Shown here in pieces: positions 16,695 through 25,315 of a DNA stretch of 64,000 nucleotides; position 1 is the first letter of the stretch; every line of letters begins with the position of its first letter. The stretch lies in assembly GCA_031379885.1 (NCBI GenBank), contig JANNFN010000181.1:1605-65604 (forward strand), given 5' to 3'. The DNA is from Methylotenera sp. (GTDB lineage Bacteria > Pseudomonadota > Gammaproteobacteria > Burkholderiales > Methylophilaceae). The translations under genes were made by a program, and so were the position numbers. Below the pieces are notes generated by a model, which worked only from the letters and a program-made list of their open reading frames with translations, had not been told where the DNA came from and did not search any database.

Positions 16695-17438
16695 CTATTT
16701 TGGTAATTCGACGATTTGGTTTTCTCTAAATGGCAAAGTGGAATGCTTAATCTGCCAATGATTGGTATCTACTATTTCACCAAAGGATATTTCCATGTCC
16801 AACCAGCTCAGCAACAGTTCACGTGTTGGTTTTTGAGTTTCTATGGCCTGCATTAATGAAGGCGCTTTAGGCAATGTGACTCGCCGTGGTCTGGCATAGG
16901 CCACGTGGTTGCCAGTCATCATTAAATAGGCAGGCACTTTCAGGCCTTTACTATTCATACCAGAGGTCATCTCAAAAATGAAAGGTTCTTGGCTATTATT
17001 GAGTCGCCGCCAGACCTCAAGATAAGTGTCTTCAGTACCCGTTTCAATCACCGTATCAGCATCGGTAAATACCATTTTGCCAATATCGCGCGCATCTGTG
17101 GGTGCTTGAAAATCGATTTCGCGCACCCATTGGCATACTTCTGATGATTGTGTTGTGCTTGGCGTTACAATGGTTAAACCAGCAAACCCTTGTTGAGTGG
17201 CTAATAGCAATAATTCATCTTGAGTATAATCGGCAAGCATGCTCGCAGATCCAATACCAGTGCGGCTTGCAGGCAAGCGAATATCAATGTGGTAATATGC
17301 TGTTTGCATCCATAACACTAAAGATGTGTCGTCTTTAATGCTGTCAGTTTCTAACAAATGGCGTTGCCAAACACCCATATAATTGGTGGGTACGGCATTG
17401 CTAGACGGTATTTTGGTTGGGTTTGTTGCAGATTGCAT
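16695..17438 (-). CDS. hypothetical cytoplasmic beta-rich protein (loosely resembles the fungal Hri1 family)
   Basis: GVWQR...LWMQT...IDIR...GFAG...CQW.REIDFQ...DIG...IETG...YLEVWRRL pattern; the Hri1 resemblance is from memory only. Confidence 0.6.
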   Translation of the reverse strand: MQSATNPTKIPSSNAVPTNYMGVWQRHLLETDSIKDDTSLVLWMQTAYYHIDIRLPASRTGIGSASMLADYTQDELLLLATQQGFAGLTIVTPSTTQSSEVCQWVREIDFQAPTDARDIGKMVFTDADTVIETGTEDTYLEVWRRLNNSQEPFIFEMTSGMNSKGLKVPAYLMMTGNHVAYARPRRVTLPKAPSLMQAIETQKPTRELLLSWLDMEISFGEIVDTNHWQIKHSTLPFRENQIVELPK

Positions 17439-17489
17439 GTTGACTCCATTTCAGCATAAAAGTTAGTTTAGCAGCATTTTAAAAACGCG

Positions 17490-17602
17490 CCTCCCGGGCT
17501 TTTATCCCTCCGTGTAGCCAAAACTGTGTGCATATTGCGTATTTGGCCGAGAACTCTTGGACCAGACGCTTTAATAAAATTAAAGCCGGAACCCTAGTTA
17601 TC
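17490..17602 (-). ncRNA. ykkC-yxkD: guanidine-I riboswitch (ykkC-yxkD leader)
   Basis: Minus strand GATAACTAGGGTTCCGGCTTTAATTTTATTAAAGCGTCTGGTCCAAGAGTTCTCGGCCAAA...TTTTGGCTACACGGAGGGATAAAAGCCCGGGAG carries the conserved UAGGGUUCCG, CUGGUCC.AGAG and UACACGG.GGGAUAAAAGCCCGGGAG blocks, with pairing stems (GCTTTAAT/ATTAAAGC; GCCAAA/TTTGGC). Confidence 0.92.
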
Positions 17603-17631
17603 TTTTTTGATACAATTGTGTTACAAATTGA

Positions 17632-17660
17632 ACTATAATCTTATTAAAAAATATTTACAA
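17632..17660 (-). promoter_or_regulatory. sigma70 promoter for the riboswitch transcript
   Basis: TTGTAA-N17-TATAGT on the minus strand, ~30 nt 5' of the aptamer. Confidence 0.5.
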
Positions 17661-17780
17661 CTACTTTTGTTTAAGTAATATTATTGTTTGTGGCGTTCAT
17701 TCCTTTTGGTTTTAAAAACAAGCTTGCCATACGCTTTCATTCAGTCGCATAATTAAGCTAAGTTTTTTCAAGGCTTAATA

Positions 17781-19196
17781 ATGAGTGCATATAGTTATAG
17801 TGTTGGTGTGCAGACTTTTCAGTTTGCTGATTTAAAGGGCGTGCTCGCCAAGGCAACGCCTGCGCGCTCTGGCGACTACTTATCAGGTGTTGCAGCTGAC
17901 ACTTATGCAGAACGCATGGCTGCTAGAATGTGTTTGGCGGAGATTCCGCTCAAGCGCTTTCTCGAAGAACTCATCATTCCCTATGAAACCGATGAAGTCA
18001 CGCGACTGATTGTTGATACGCATGATAAGGTAGCGTTTGCGGAGATAAGCCATTTAACTGTGGGTGATTTTCGTGATTGGTTGCTTTCAGATATTGCTGA
18101 TTCGGCTACTTTAAAGCGCGTTTCTACAGGCATTACGCCTGAAATGGCCGCGGCGGTGAGCAAGCTCATGCGTAACCAAGATTTGATTTTGGTCGCTAAA
18201 AAATGCCACGTCATTACATCGTTTCGCAATACTATCGGCCTGCCAGGCCATATTTCAGTGCGCTTACAACCTAATCATCCGACTGATGACATGCGCGGCA
18301 TAGCGGCCTCGATGCTCGATGGTTTACTGTATGGCGCGGGTGATGCGGTGATTGGCATTAACCCTGCAACTGATAGTTTGCCAGCGTTGATGGATTTGTA
18401 TTATTTGGTGGATGAAGTGATCAATCAATACGAAATCCCCACGCAGTCGTGCATTCTCACGCACGTTACCAACCAAATTCAGTTGATTGAAAAAGGTGCA
18501 CCAGTAGACTTAGTATTTCAATCGATTGCAGGCACCGAAAAAGCCAATAAAAGTTTCGGCATTGATATTGCTTTACTTAGAGAGGCGCAATCAGCCGCGC
18601 TTTCATTAAACCGGGGAACAGTTAAGAATGAATCAGGTGAGCATAACGTGATGTATTTCGAGACTGGTCAAGGTTCTGCACTTTCCGCGAATGCCAACTT
18701 TGGGGTGGATCAACAAACCTGCGAAGCGCGTGCTTACGCGGTTGCGCGGCATTTATCGCCGCTATTAACAAATACAGTCGTTGGTTTTATTGGGCCTGAA
18801 TATTTGTATGATGGTAAACAGATTATACGTGCTGGGCTAGAAGACCACTTTTGCGGCAAACTATTAGGCGTTCCGCTAGGTTGTGATGTTTGTTACACCA
18901 ACCACGCCGAAGCTGACCAAGATGACATGGACACCTTGATGACGCTACTCGCTACGGCAGGGCTGACATTTATTATGGGAATCCCTGGTGCGGATGACAT
19001 TATGCTTAATTACCAAACCACTTCGTTTCACGATGCGTTATATTTGCGCAAGGTGCTTGGCCTGAAGGCTGCGCCAGAGTTTGAAGTGTGGCTTAAAAAA
19101 ATGCATATTATGGATGCTAATGGACAAGTACAACCAATCACTAATGTGCATCACATGTTGCAGAATATGCCGAAACATTTATTAAGCGCTGCATAA
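17781..19196 (+). CDS. eutB: ethanolamine ammonia-lyase large subunit
   Basis: RSGDYLSGVAA, RLQPNHPTDD, YFETGQGSALS and GCDVCYTNH motifs. Confidence 0.95.
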   Translation: MSAYSYSVGVQTFQFADLKGVLAKATPARSGDYLSGVAADTYAERMAARMCLAEIPLKRFLEELIIPYETDEVTRLIVDTHDKVAFAEISHLTVGDFRDWLLSDIADSATLKRVSTGITPEMAAAVSKLMRNQDLILVAKKCHVITSFRNTIGLPGHISVRLQPNHPTDDMRGIAASMLDGLLYGAGDAVIGINPATDSLPALMDLYYLVDEVINQYEIPTQSCILTHVTNQIQLIEKGAPVDLVFQSIAGTEKANKSFGIDIALLREAQSAALSLNRGTVKNESGEHNVMYFETGQGSALSANANFGVDQQTCEARAYAVARHLSPLLTNTVVGFIGPEYLYDGKQIIRAGLEDHFCGKLLGVPLGCDVCYTNHAEADQDDMDTLMTLLATAGLTFIMGIPGADDIMLNYQTTSFHDALYLRKVLGLKAAPEFEVWLKKMHIMDANGQVQPITNVHHMLQNMPKHLLSAA

Positions 19197-19199
19197 ATT

Positions 19200-19985
19200 A
19201 TGGCTGATAAACCAAACGACATTACTAAAATTGACCCATGGCAACAGCTAAAAAGCTTCACGCGCGCGCGCATCGCCATTGGCCGCGTTGGCAGCAGTTT
19301 GCCAACTAAAGAAGTGCTGGATTTTGGTTTAAGCCACGCTATGGCACGCGATGCGGTGCACTTGGCGCTAGATATAGAGGCATTGGAAGTGGACATCAAA
19401 AACCATGATTTTTCTACCATGCGCGCCAAAAGCATGGCGCCAGACCGTGCCAGCTATCTATTGCGTCCCGATTGGGGACGTCGGCTACATGAACAAAGTC
19501 TGTCGAATTTACAAAATCTACATCAAGCTAAACCTATTGATTTTTTAATTGTAGTTGGCGATGGCTTATCGTCACTTGCTGTTGCTCGACATGTAGCGCC
19601 ACTGCTGGCAGAGATGCGTAACCACTTACCTAGTGATTGGCACACAGGCCACGTGGTTATTGCCTCGCACGCGCGCCTGGCGATAGGGGATGAAATAGGA
19701 CAAGCCTTGAATGCACGTATGGTTGCCATGCTTATCGGCGAGCGTCCTGGTTTGAGTTCGCCCGATAGTTTGGGCATTTATCTTACTTATAATCCTAAAG
19801 CGGGTTTAAGTGATGCAGATCGTAATTGCATCTCCAACGTGCGCCCAGAAGGTTTGAAGTACGCGGCTGCAGCAAAAAAATTAGTTTGGTTGGCGAAAGA
19901 AGCTATGCGCTTAAAAGTAACAGGTGTTGCGCTAAAAGATGAAAGTGATGTACAGGAAATTGGCGCGCAAACCAAGCTAACTTAG
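19200..19985 (+). CDS. eutC: ethanolamine ammonia-lyase small subunit
   Basis: TRARIAIGRVG, YLLRPDWGRRL, LIGERPGLSSPDSLG and RNCISN motifs. Confidence 0.95.
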   Translation: MADKPNDITKIDPWQQLKSFTRARIAIGRVGSSLPTKEVLDFGLSHAMARDAVHLALDIEALEVDIKNHDFSTMRAKSMAPDRASYLLRPDWGRRLHEQSLSNLQNLHQAKPIDFLIVVGDGLSSLAVARHVAPLLAEMRNHLPSDWHTGHVVIASHARLAIGDEIGQALNARMVAMLIGERPGLSSPDSLGIYLTYNPKAGLSDADRNCISNVRPEGLKYAAAAKKLVWLAKEAMRLKVTGVALKDESDVQEIGAQTKLT

Positions 19986-21205
19986 TGTAATTGATGTAAT
20001 TCCAAATTTCGTAATTTTGGTGCCAGTTTAGCGGTAATCCCCACTACAGTCAGCGTCATTAATCCGCCAAATATTACCGATGGCACCAATCCCATTATGC
20101 GTGCAGTTAAGCCAGATTCAAACGCACCCAACTCATTCGACGAACCGATGAAAACGCCGTTAATGGCCGTTATTCGCCCGCGCATGGCATCTGGTGTGGC
20201 GAGTTGTAAGATGGTTTGCCGCAATACTACAGATATACCGTCGCAAATTCCAGAAAGAAATAACAAGACTGCAGCCAGCCAAAAATAGGTGGTGAGTGCA
20301 AAACCGATGATACAAATTCCAAACCCAGCAACAGCACACATTAGCCAACGGCCAGCATTTAAATTGATGGGGTGATGTGTGAGCCATAAGCCAGTAATAA
20401 TCGCGCCTGTACCCGGTGTTGCGCGTAAAATGCCTAAGCCTTCAGGGCCATAATGGTAAACATCTTGAATAAACGCAGGCAACATAGAAACGGCGCCGCC
20501 AAATAACACAGCAAACATATCTAAAGACAGTGCGCCCAGCACGATTTGGTTACTAAAAACAAAGTGTAAGCCCTGTGCAATGCCAGTAAATACTGAGGTT
20601 TTTTCTGATACTTTAGGTTCTTTTATCTTAATTGAAAACATGATAAGTGCAGCTCCCAAACATAGCAAAGTTGCAATTTCGTAAGCAATCACTTTGCTGG
20701 CAAACCCCACCAGCAATCCCCCTAAAACGGGCCCAAGCACTAAACCTACCTGAAAAACAGAGCTGCCAATGCCTGTCGCTTTGGCAAAATGCTCTCGCGG
20801 AATAATGATGGCAAACAGCGTGGTGTAACTAGGCGCTATAAAGGCACGGGCAATACCTGTGAAAGCGATAGAGCCATAAATCCATAAACTCGCATTGCCC
20901 TCTACCCAACCCATAGCAATTGCGCTAAGGGTGATGGCGTTAATCAACAAAAGTATAGCGGCTAGTATGCCAAAAAAGCGGCGCGAGCAATAATGATCTA
21001 CAGCATGGCCAGCAAACAGCGCACATGCAAAATACGGAATTACTTCTGCTAAGCCGATTAAGCCAAGTGCAAGGGTATCGTGGGTAATCTCATAAATATG
21101 CCAGCCAACGGTCACCGCCATGATTTGATAAGCCAACACAATTTGGACGCGGAATGCCAATAACCTTAGAAAAGCGCGGTTGTGATAAGTAAAAATTTGG
21201 TTCAT
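19982..21205 (-). CDS. MFS transporter (EntS/DHA3-like)
   Basis: 12-TM pattern; LDMFAVLFGG and TPDAMRGR motifs. Confidence 0.85.
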   Translation of the reverse strand: MNQIFTYHNRAFLRLLAFRVQIVLAYQIMAVTVGWHIYEITHDTLALGLIGLAEVIPYFACALFAGHAVDHYCSRRFFGILAAILLLINAITLSAIAMGWVEGNASLWIYGSIAFTGIARAFIAPSYTTLFAIIIPREHFAKATGIGSSVFQVGLVLGPVLGGLLVGFASKVIAYEIATLLCLGAALIMFSIKIKEPKVSEKTSVFTGIAQGLHFVFSNQIVLGALSLDMFAVLFGGAVSMLPAFIQDVYHYGPEGLGILRATPGTGAIITGLWLTHHPINLNAGRWLMCAVAGFGICIIGFALTTYFWLAAVLLFLSGICDGISVVLRQTILQLATPDAMRGRITAINGVFIGSSNELGAFESGLTARIMGLVPSVIFGGLMTLTVVGITAKLAPKLRNLELHQLH

Positions 21206-21208
21206 AAA

Positions 21209-21823
21209 CTATTTTGGCACACGCCACAGGTACCAACTAGCAACGGTGCGGTGCGGCGACCATAATTGACCGATTTCAGCCATTTGTTTGCGGCTTGGCG
21301 CAATTTCTAGTTTTTTAAGGCGCTTGTAGCCTTCTACTACGGCAAAATCATCAACAGGCAAAATATCCATGCGCTCTAGAGTAAACATCAGCATCATTTC
21401 CACCGTCCACTGACCAATCCCTTTAAGAGTGACCAAGCGTTTAATAAGCTCAGTGTCGCTCATGCTTTCTGAATCAGTGCGCGATGGTACTAGTCCAGTA
21501 ATAGCACCATTCGCAAGGCCTTGAATGGTCTCGATTTTTCTGCCAGAAAATCCGCAAGCGCGTAAATCGTCAAACTGTGCGTGTATTAAAGCTTCTGGCG
21601 CTGGGAATCCGCCAAAATGGTTTTTGAATCTAGCAAAAATTGCATCACCTGCTTTGCCGTGCAATTGCTGATAAGCCACCGCCTGCACTAAAGCTTGATA
21701 AGGGTTAAGTGTAGGTTCGGCTTCTAACGCCAGCGTGCAGGCGCCCACCGTGTTAATTAGTTGTGCCCAATCGCTATCAATTCTGCTTAAAAACTTGGTA
21801 GCTTGCTCATATTTCGTATTCAT
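21209..21823 (-). CDS. alkA: DNA-3-methyladenine glycosylase II (AlkA family)
   Basis: HhH-GPD: LKGIGQWTVEM...LPVDD; W.PHRTVASWYLW. Confidence 0.85.
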   Translation of the reverse strand: MNTKYEQATKFLSRIDSDWAQLINTVGACTLALEAEPTLNPYQALVQAVAYQQLHGKAGDAIFARFKNHFGGFPAPEALIHAQFDDLRACGFSGRKIETIQGLANGAITGLVPSRTDSESMSDTELIKRLVTLKGIGQWTVEMMLMFTLERMDILPVDDFAVVEGYKRLKKLEIAPSRKQMAEIGQLWSPHRTVASWYLWRVPK

Positions 21824-21863
21824 TGGTTTGATTATAAACAAAAGATCTTAAAATCAAAGTACG

Positions 21864-21876
21864 AATTCAAAAGCAA
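21864..21876 (+). promoter_or_regulatory. Ada box candidate
   Basis: AAT-N6-GCAA (AATTCAAAAGCAA) in the alkA/ada divergent intergenic region. Confidence 0.55.
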
Positions 21877-21938
21877 GAGTCGGAGTGTGCGATATCGTAA
21901 ACGCGAGTAAATTGCTATTATTCACATAGGAAATCGCA

Positions 21939-23015
21939 ATGAGCATTCAAGTTAAAAGCGTTAAAGCATCAGCAATCGAAAACGATCCGCGTTGGGCACA
22001 GGTACGAGCGCGCGATAAGTCGCAAGCTAGCATATTTTATTATTCCGTGAACACCACGGGCGTGTATTGCAAGCCATCTTGTGCTGCACGTCTTGCACGA
22101 CCAGAGCATGTGGCATTTTATAGCAGTTGTGAAGAGGCTGAACGTGCAGGATTTCGCCCTTGTAAACGCTGTAAGCCAGGACAGCCAGATTTGGCAGAAA
22201 CACACTCAAAAATGGTGATAGAAATTTGTCATTTAATTGAAAATTCGGATCAAATAATTAACTTGGAAACTTTGGCGAATAAGGCAGGACTAAGTGTCTA
22301 TCATTTTCATCGTGTGTTCAAAGCTATTACTGGGCTTACGCCTAAAGCTTATTCAGTTGCGCATCAAGCAAAAAAAGTACGTAACGAATTGAGTAAAAAT
22401 ACAACAGTGACAGAGGCTATTTTTGAGGCTGGGTATAATTCTAATAGTCGTTTTTATGAGAAATCAACGCAGTTGTTGGGCATGACACCTTCGAGTTACA
22501 AGGCTGGTGGCGCTAATGCCCTTATACGCTTTGCAATTGGTGAATGCTCGCTAGGTGCAATTTTAGTGGCAAACAGTGAGCGTGGCGTTTGCGCAATATT
22601 TTTAGGCGAAAATCCTGAAAAATTAGTGCAAGATTTACAAGATATGTTTCCACGCGCGCAGCTAATAGGTGCTGATCGTGATTATGAAGCGCTCATTGCC
22701 AAGGTTATAGGTTTTATCGAAGCGCCTTCTTTAGGTTTAGATTTACCTTTGGATGTGCGTGGAACGGCCTTTCAACAACGCATATGGAAAGCGTTGCAAA
22801 AAATTCCAGCAGGCACTACTGTAAGCTATACCGATATTGCGCAGCTTATTGGTTCGCCCAAATCATCTCGTGCTGTTGCGAGTGCTTGTGCGGCGAATAA
22901 AATTGCTGTTGCAATTCCGTGTCATCGAGTGGTACGTAATGATGGCGCTCTTTCAGGTTATCGCTGGGGCGTAGATCGAAAACGGATGCTATTGGAAATG
23001 GAAGCTAAAACCTAA
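21939..23015 (+). CDS. ada: bifunctional Ada regulator / O6-methylguanine methyltransferase
   Basis: Zn site YCKPSC...RPCKRC, AraC HTH, active-site PCHRV. Confidence 0.95.
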   Translation: MSIQVKSVKASAIENDPRWAQVRARDKSQASIFYYSVNTTGVYCKPSCAARLARPEHVAFYSSCEEAERAGFRPCKRCKPGQPDLAETHSKMVIEICHLIENSDQIINLETLANKAGLSVYHFHRVFKAITGLTPKAYSVAHQAKKVRNELSKNTTVTEAIFEAGYNSNSRFYEKSTQLLGMTPSSYKAGGANALIRFAIGECSLGAILVANSERGVCAIFLGENPEKLVQDLQDMFPRAQLIGADRDYEALIAKVIGFIEAPSLGLDLPLDVRGTAFQQRIWKALQKIPAGTTVSYTDIAQLIGSPKSSRAVASACAANKIAVAIPCHRVVRNDGALSGYRWGVDRKRMLLEMEAKT

Positions 23016-23654
23016 ATGGATTTGTTTGAGAATATTCAACCTAACAAGTTAGAAATTGATAAAGATGCTTACTTTCTGTCAGGTTATGCACTAATCAATG
23101 AAAAAGCACTCATGATTGGTTTGCAGGAGATTTTAAATCAAGCGCCGCCGCGCCATATGATGACAAAAATGGGTTTTTACACTTCAGCCGAGATGACTAA
23201 TTGTGGTCAGCTGGGTTGGATTTCAGACAGCAAAGGCTATCGTTATGATGCATTAGATCCACAAACGGGAAAGCTTTGGCCTACAATGCCAATCAGTTTT
23301 TTAAAGCTAGCACAGAATGCGGCGATTGAAGCTGGTTTTGGTGATTTTAAGCCCGATGCTTGCTTAGTTAATCAATACAAAGTGGGTGCGAGTATGGGTT
23401 TGCACCAAGATAAAAACGAGCTAGATTTTACCCAGCCCATAGTCAGTGTTTCGCTCGGCATTCCCGCCACTTTTCAGTTTGGCGGCTTAAGTCGTAGCGA
23501 TAAACCGATCAAAATCCAGTTAACGCATGGCGATATTGTGGTTTGGGGCAAAGAAGCGCGCTTAAAATATCACGGAATCATGCCTCTGAAGCCCAATATC
23601 CATGCGGTGCTCGGACCATATCGTTATAACCTGACTTTTAGAAAAGCGGGTTAG
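23016..23654 (+). CDS. alkB: alkylated-DNA repair dioxygenase AlkB
   Basis: HQD (HxD), YHG and RYNLTFR motifs; MTNCG.LGW.SD..GYRY. Confidence 0.95.
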   Translation: MDLFENIQPNKLEIDKDAYFLSGYALINEKALMIGLQEILNQAPPRHMMTKMGFYTSAEMTNCGQLGWISDSKGYRYDALDPQTGKLWPTMPISFLKLAQNAAIEAGFGDFKPDACLVNQYKVGASMGLHQDKNELDFTQPIVSVSLGIPATFQFGGLSRSDKPIKIQLTHGDIVVWGKEARLKYHGIMPLKPNIHAVLGPYRYNLTFRKAG

Positions 23655-23669
23655 AAATTGTGCGTAAAG

Positions 23670-23993
23670 TTAGCCTTTAAACTTTGCAATAATTCGCCTG
23701 TACGCTTGGCTTAAGGCGTTGCCATCTAGCTGATAATGTTTATGTAGCGCTTGTTTTACTTCCCAGTTCGCAGTCATGCCTGCAGGAAAAGTCAATAAAT
23801 CTCCTTTGCCAAAACTAATAGGCGCGCCACCTATGGGTGTAATGACGCATTCACCTTCTAAAATATAAGCGACTTCTTGCTCATGAAAAGTCCAAGGGAA
23901 AACGGAAACTTCTTTTTGCCAGGTAGGCCATTTACTCACGCCTAACGACTCGAGATGACTTTGAGTGGGATTCTTTTCGATGGTGATTTGCAT
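23670..23993 (-). CDS. cupin (DUF861/cupin_3 type)
   Basis: WPTW.KE.S.FPW...E..YILEG...GKGDL..FPAG. Confidence 0.85.
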   Translation of the reverse strand: MQITIEKNPTQSHLESLGVSKWPTWQKEVSVFPWTFHEQEVAYILEGECVITPIGGAPISFGKGDLLTFPAGMTANWEVKQALHKHYQLDGNALSQAYRRIIAKFKG

Positions 23994-24074
23994 GTGTGTC
24001 CTTTAATAAAGCGTGTATTTTAGCTTATGGCAGCCTTCGGTAGTAAAATGTCATTTTGTGTTAAAAAGTAAACG

Positions 24075-25010
24075 ATGCGCGTTAACATACAACAGGCGAT
24101 TGCCAAATTAAAAAATGGTGAAGTGGTGGCGATTCCCACAGAAACGGTTTATGGCTTGGCGGCGGATGCGACTAATGACGAAGCTTTGCGTCAAATTTAT
24201 GCGATTAAACAACGCCCTGCCGATAATCCATTGATTGTGCATATTGCCGATTTAACTCAAGTGAATGATTGGGCGGCTGATTTTTCACCGCTTGCGCAAA
24301 AACTAGCGCAAACGTTTTGGCCAGGGCCTTTTACGCTGGTACTGCCAGCTAAGGAGAGTGTTTCAACAATTGTGCGCGGCAATCAGCCAACTGTGGCGTT
24401 GCGTATACCACGTCACGCTTTAACTTTGCAGTTGCTTAGAGAGAGTGGCTTGGCACTAGCCGCGCCATCTGCCAACAAGTTTACGCAATTAAGCCCTACC
24501 ACTGCGGCCCATGTTGAAGCGGGTTTGGGTAAAGACATTGCTGTGCTAGACGGCGGCGCATGCAAAGTGGGTATCGAGTCAACGATTGTGAGTGTTCAAG
24601 GCGATGATTGGCAGTTGCTGCGTTTAGGAATGGTCTCAGAGGCTAGTATTGAAGCGATTGCTGGCAGGCCTGCTTTAAAAAATCAACTCAACTTACCAAA
24701 AGCGCCTGGCCAGCATTTGCTACATTATTCACCTAAAACGCCTATTAAGTTATTTGCGACGCGTAGTGCACTGGTTAATTTTGCTAAAACTTCACAAAAA
24801 AGCAGTGTAGCGTTGTTGATTGGTGAGGGCTCTGCGCCAGTATGTAAGTCTATAAATCTGCCTAATCAGGCAGCACATGTGGCTGAACAGCTATATAGCG
24901 CCCTACATACTATGGATGCCTTTAATGTAGAGCAGTTACTAGTAGAAACGCCACCAAATGCGCCAGAGTGGCTAGCGATTTTGGATAGATTAGCGCGTGC
25001 CGCGCACTAA
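24075..25010 (+). CDS. tsaC: threonylcarbamoyl-AMP synthase (Sua5 type)
   Basis: PTETVYGL, K.RP.DNPLIVH, APSAN motifs and a Sua5 C-terminal domain. Confidence 0.92.
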   Translation: MRVNIQQAIAKLKNGEVVAIPTETVYGLAADATNDEALRQIYAIKQRPADNPLIVHIADLTQVNDWAADFSPLAQKLAQTFWPGPFTLVLPAKESVSTIVRGNQPTVALRIPRHALTLQLLRESGLALAAPSANKFTQLSPTTAAHVEAGLGKDIAVLDGGACKVGIESTIVSVQGDDWQLLRLGMVSEASIEAIAGRPALKNQLNLPKAPGQHLLHYSPKTPIKLFATRSALVNFAKTSQKSSVALLIGEGSAPVCKSINLPNQAAHVAEQLYSALHTMDAFNVEQLLVETPPNAPEWLAILDRLARAAH

Positions 25011-25093
25011 AAAGAGCACTTGTTTTTATGCTAAAAAAGGCGTAGTTTAATCGTTCCTGCTTAGCAGTATTAAGTGGCAAAAATGGGTAAATT

Positions 25094-25315
25094 ATGCCAG
25101 ACAATAAATACGGATTAGGAAGCGCCAAAGTAGCAACTGAGCATCATGAGTCGCATCATAAAACTGCGGCCACACAGCCTATTCATTGCAAGTTTTGCAA
25201 TAGTACCAATTTGACTTTAAGTCCAACCATGCATGACCATCGTTGTAATGATTGTGGCGAGTGGCAAAACGACGTTCCGCAGGGTTATTCAACAGGCAGA
25301 AGTAGCGACTACTAA
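25094..25315 (+). CDS. small His-rich zinc-ribbon protein
   Basis: CKFC-x15-CNDC and HHESHH; overlaps the convergent protease stop by 27 nt. Confidence 0.5.
   Translation: MPDNKYGLGSAKVATEHHESHHKTAATQPIHCKFCNSTNLTLSPTMHDHRCNDCGEWQNDVPQGYSTGRSSDY

Noticed and set aside
23670-23993. Cupin as EutQ belonging to the eut locus
   Set aside because: 3.7 kb from eutBC, separated by unrelated genes; motifs fit the generic DUF861 cupin
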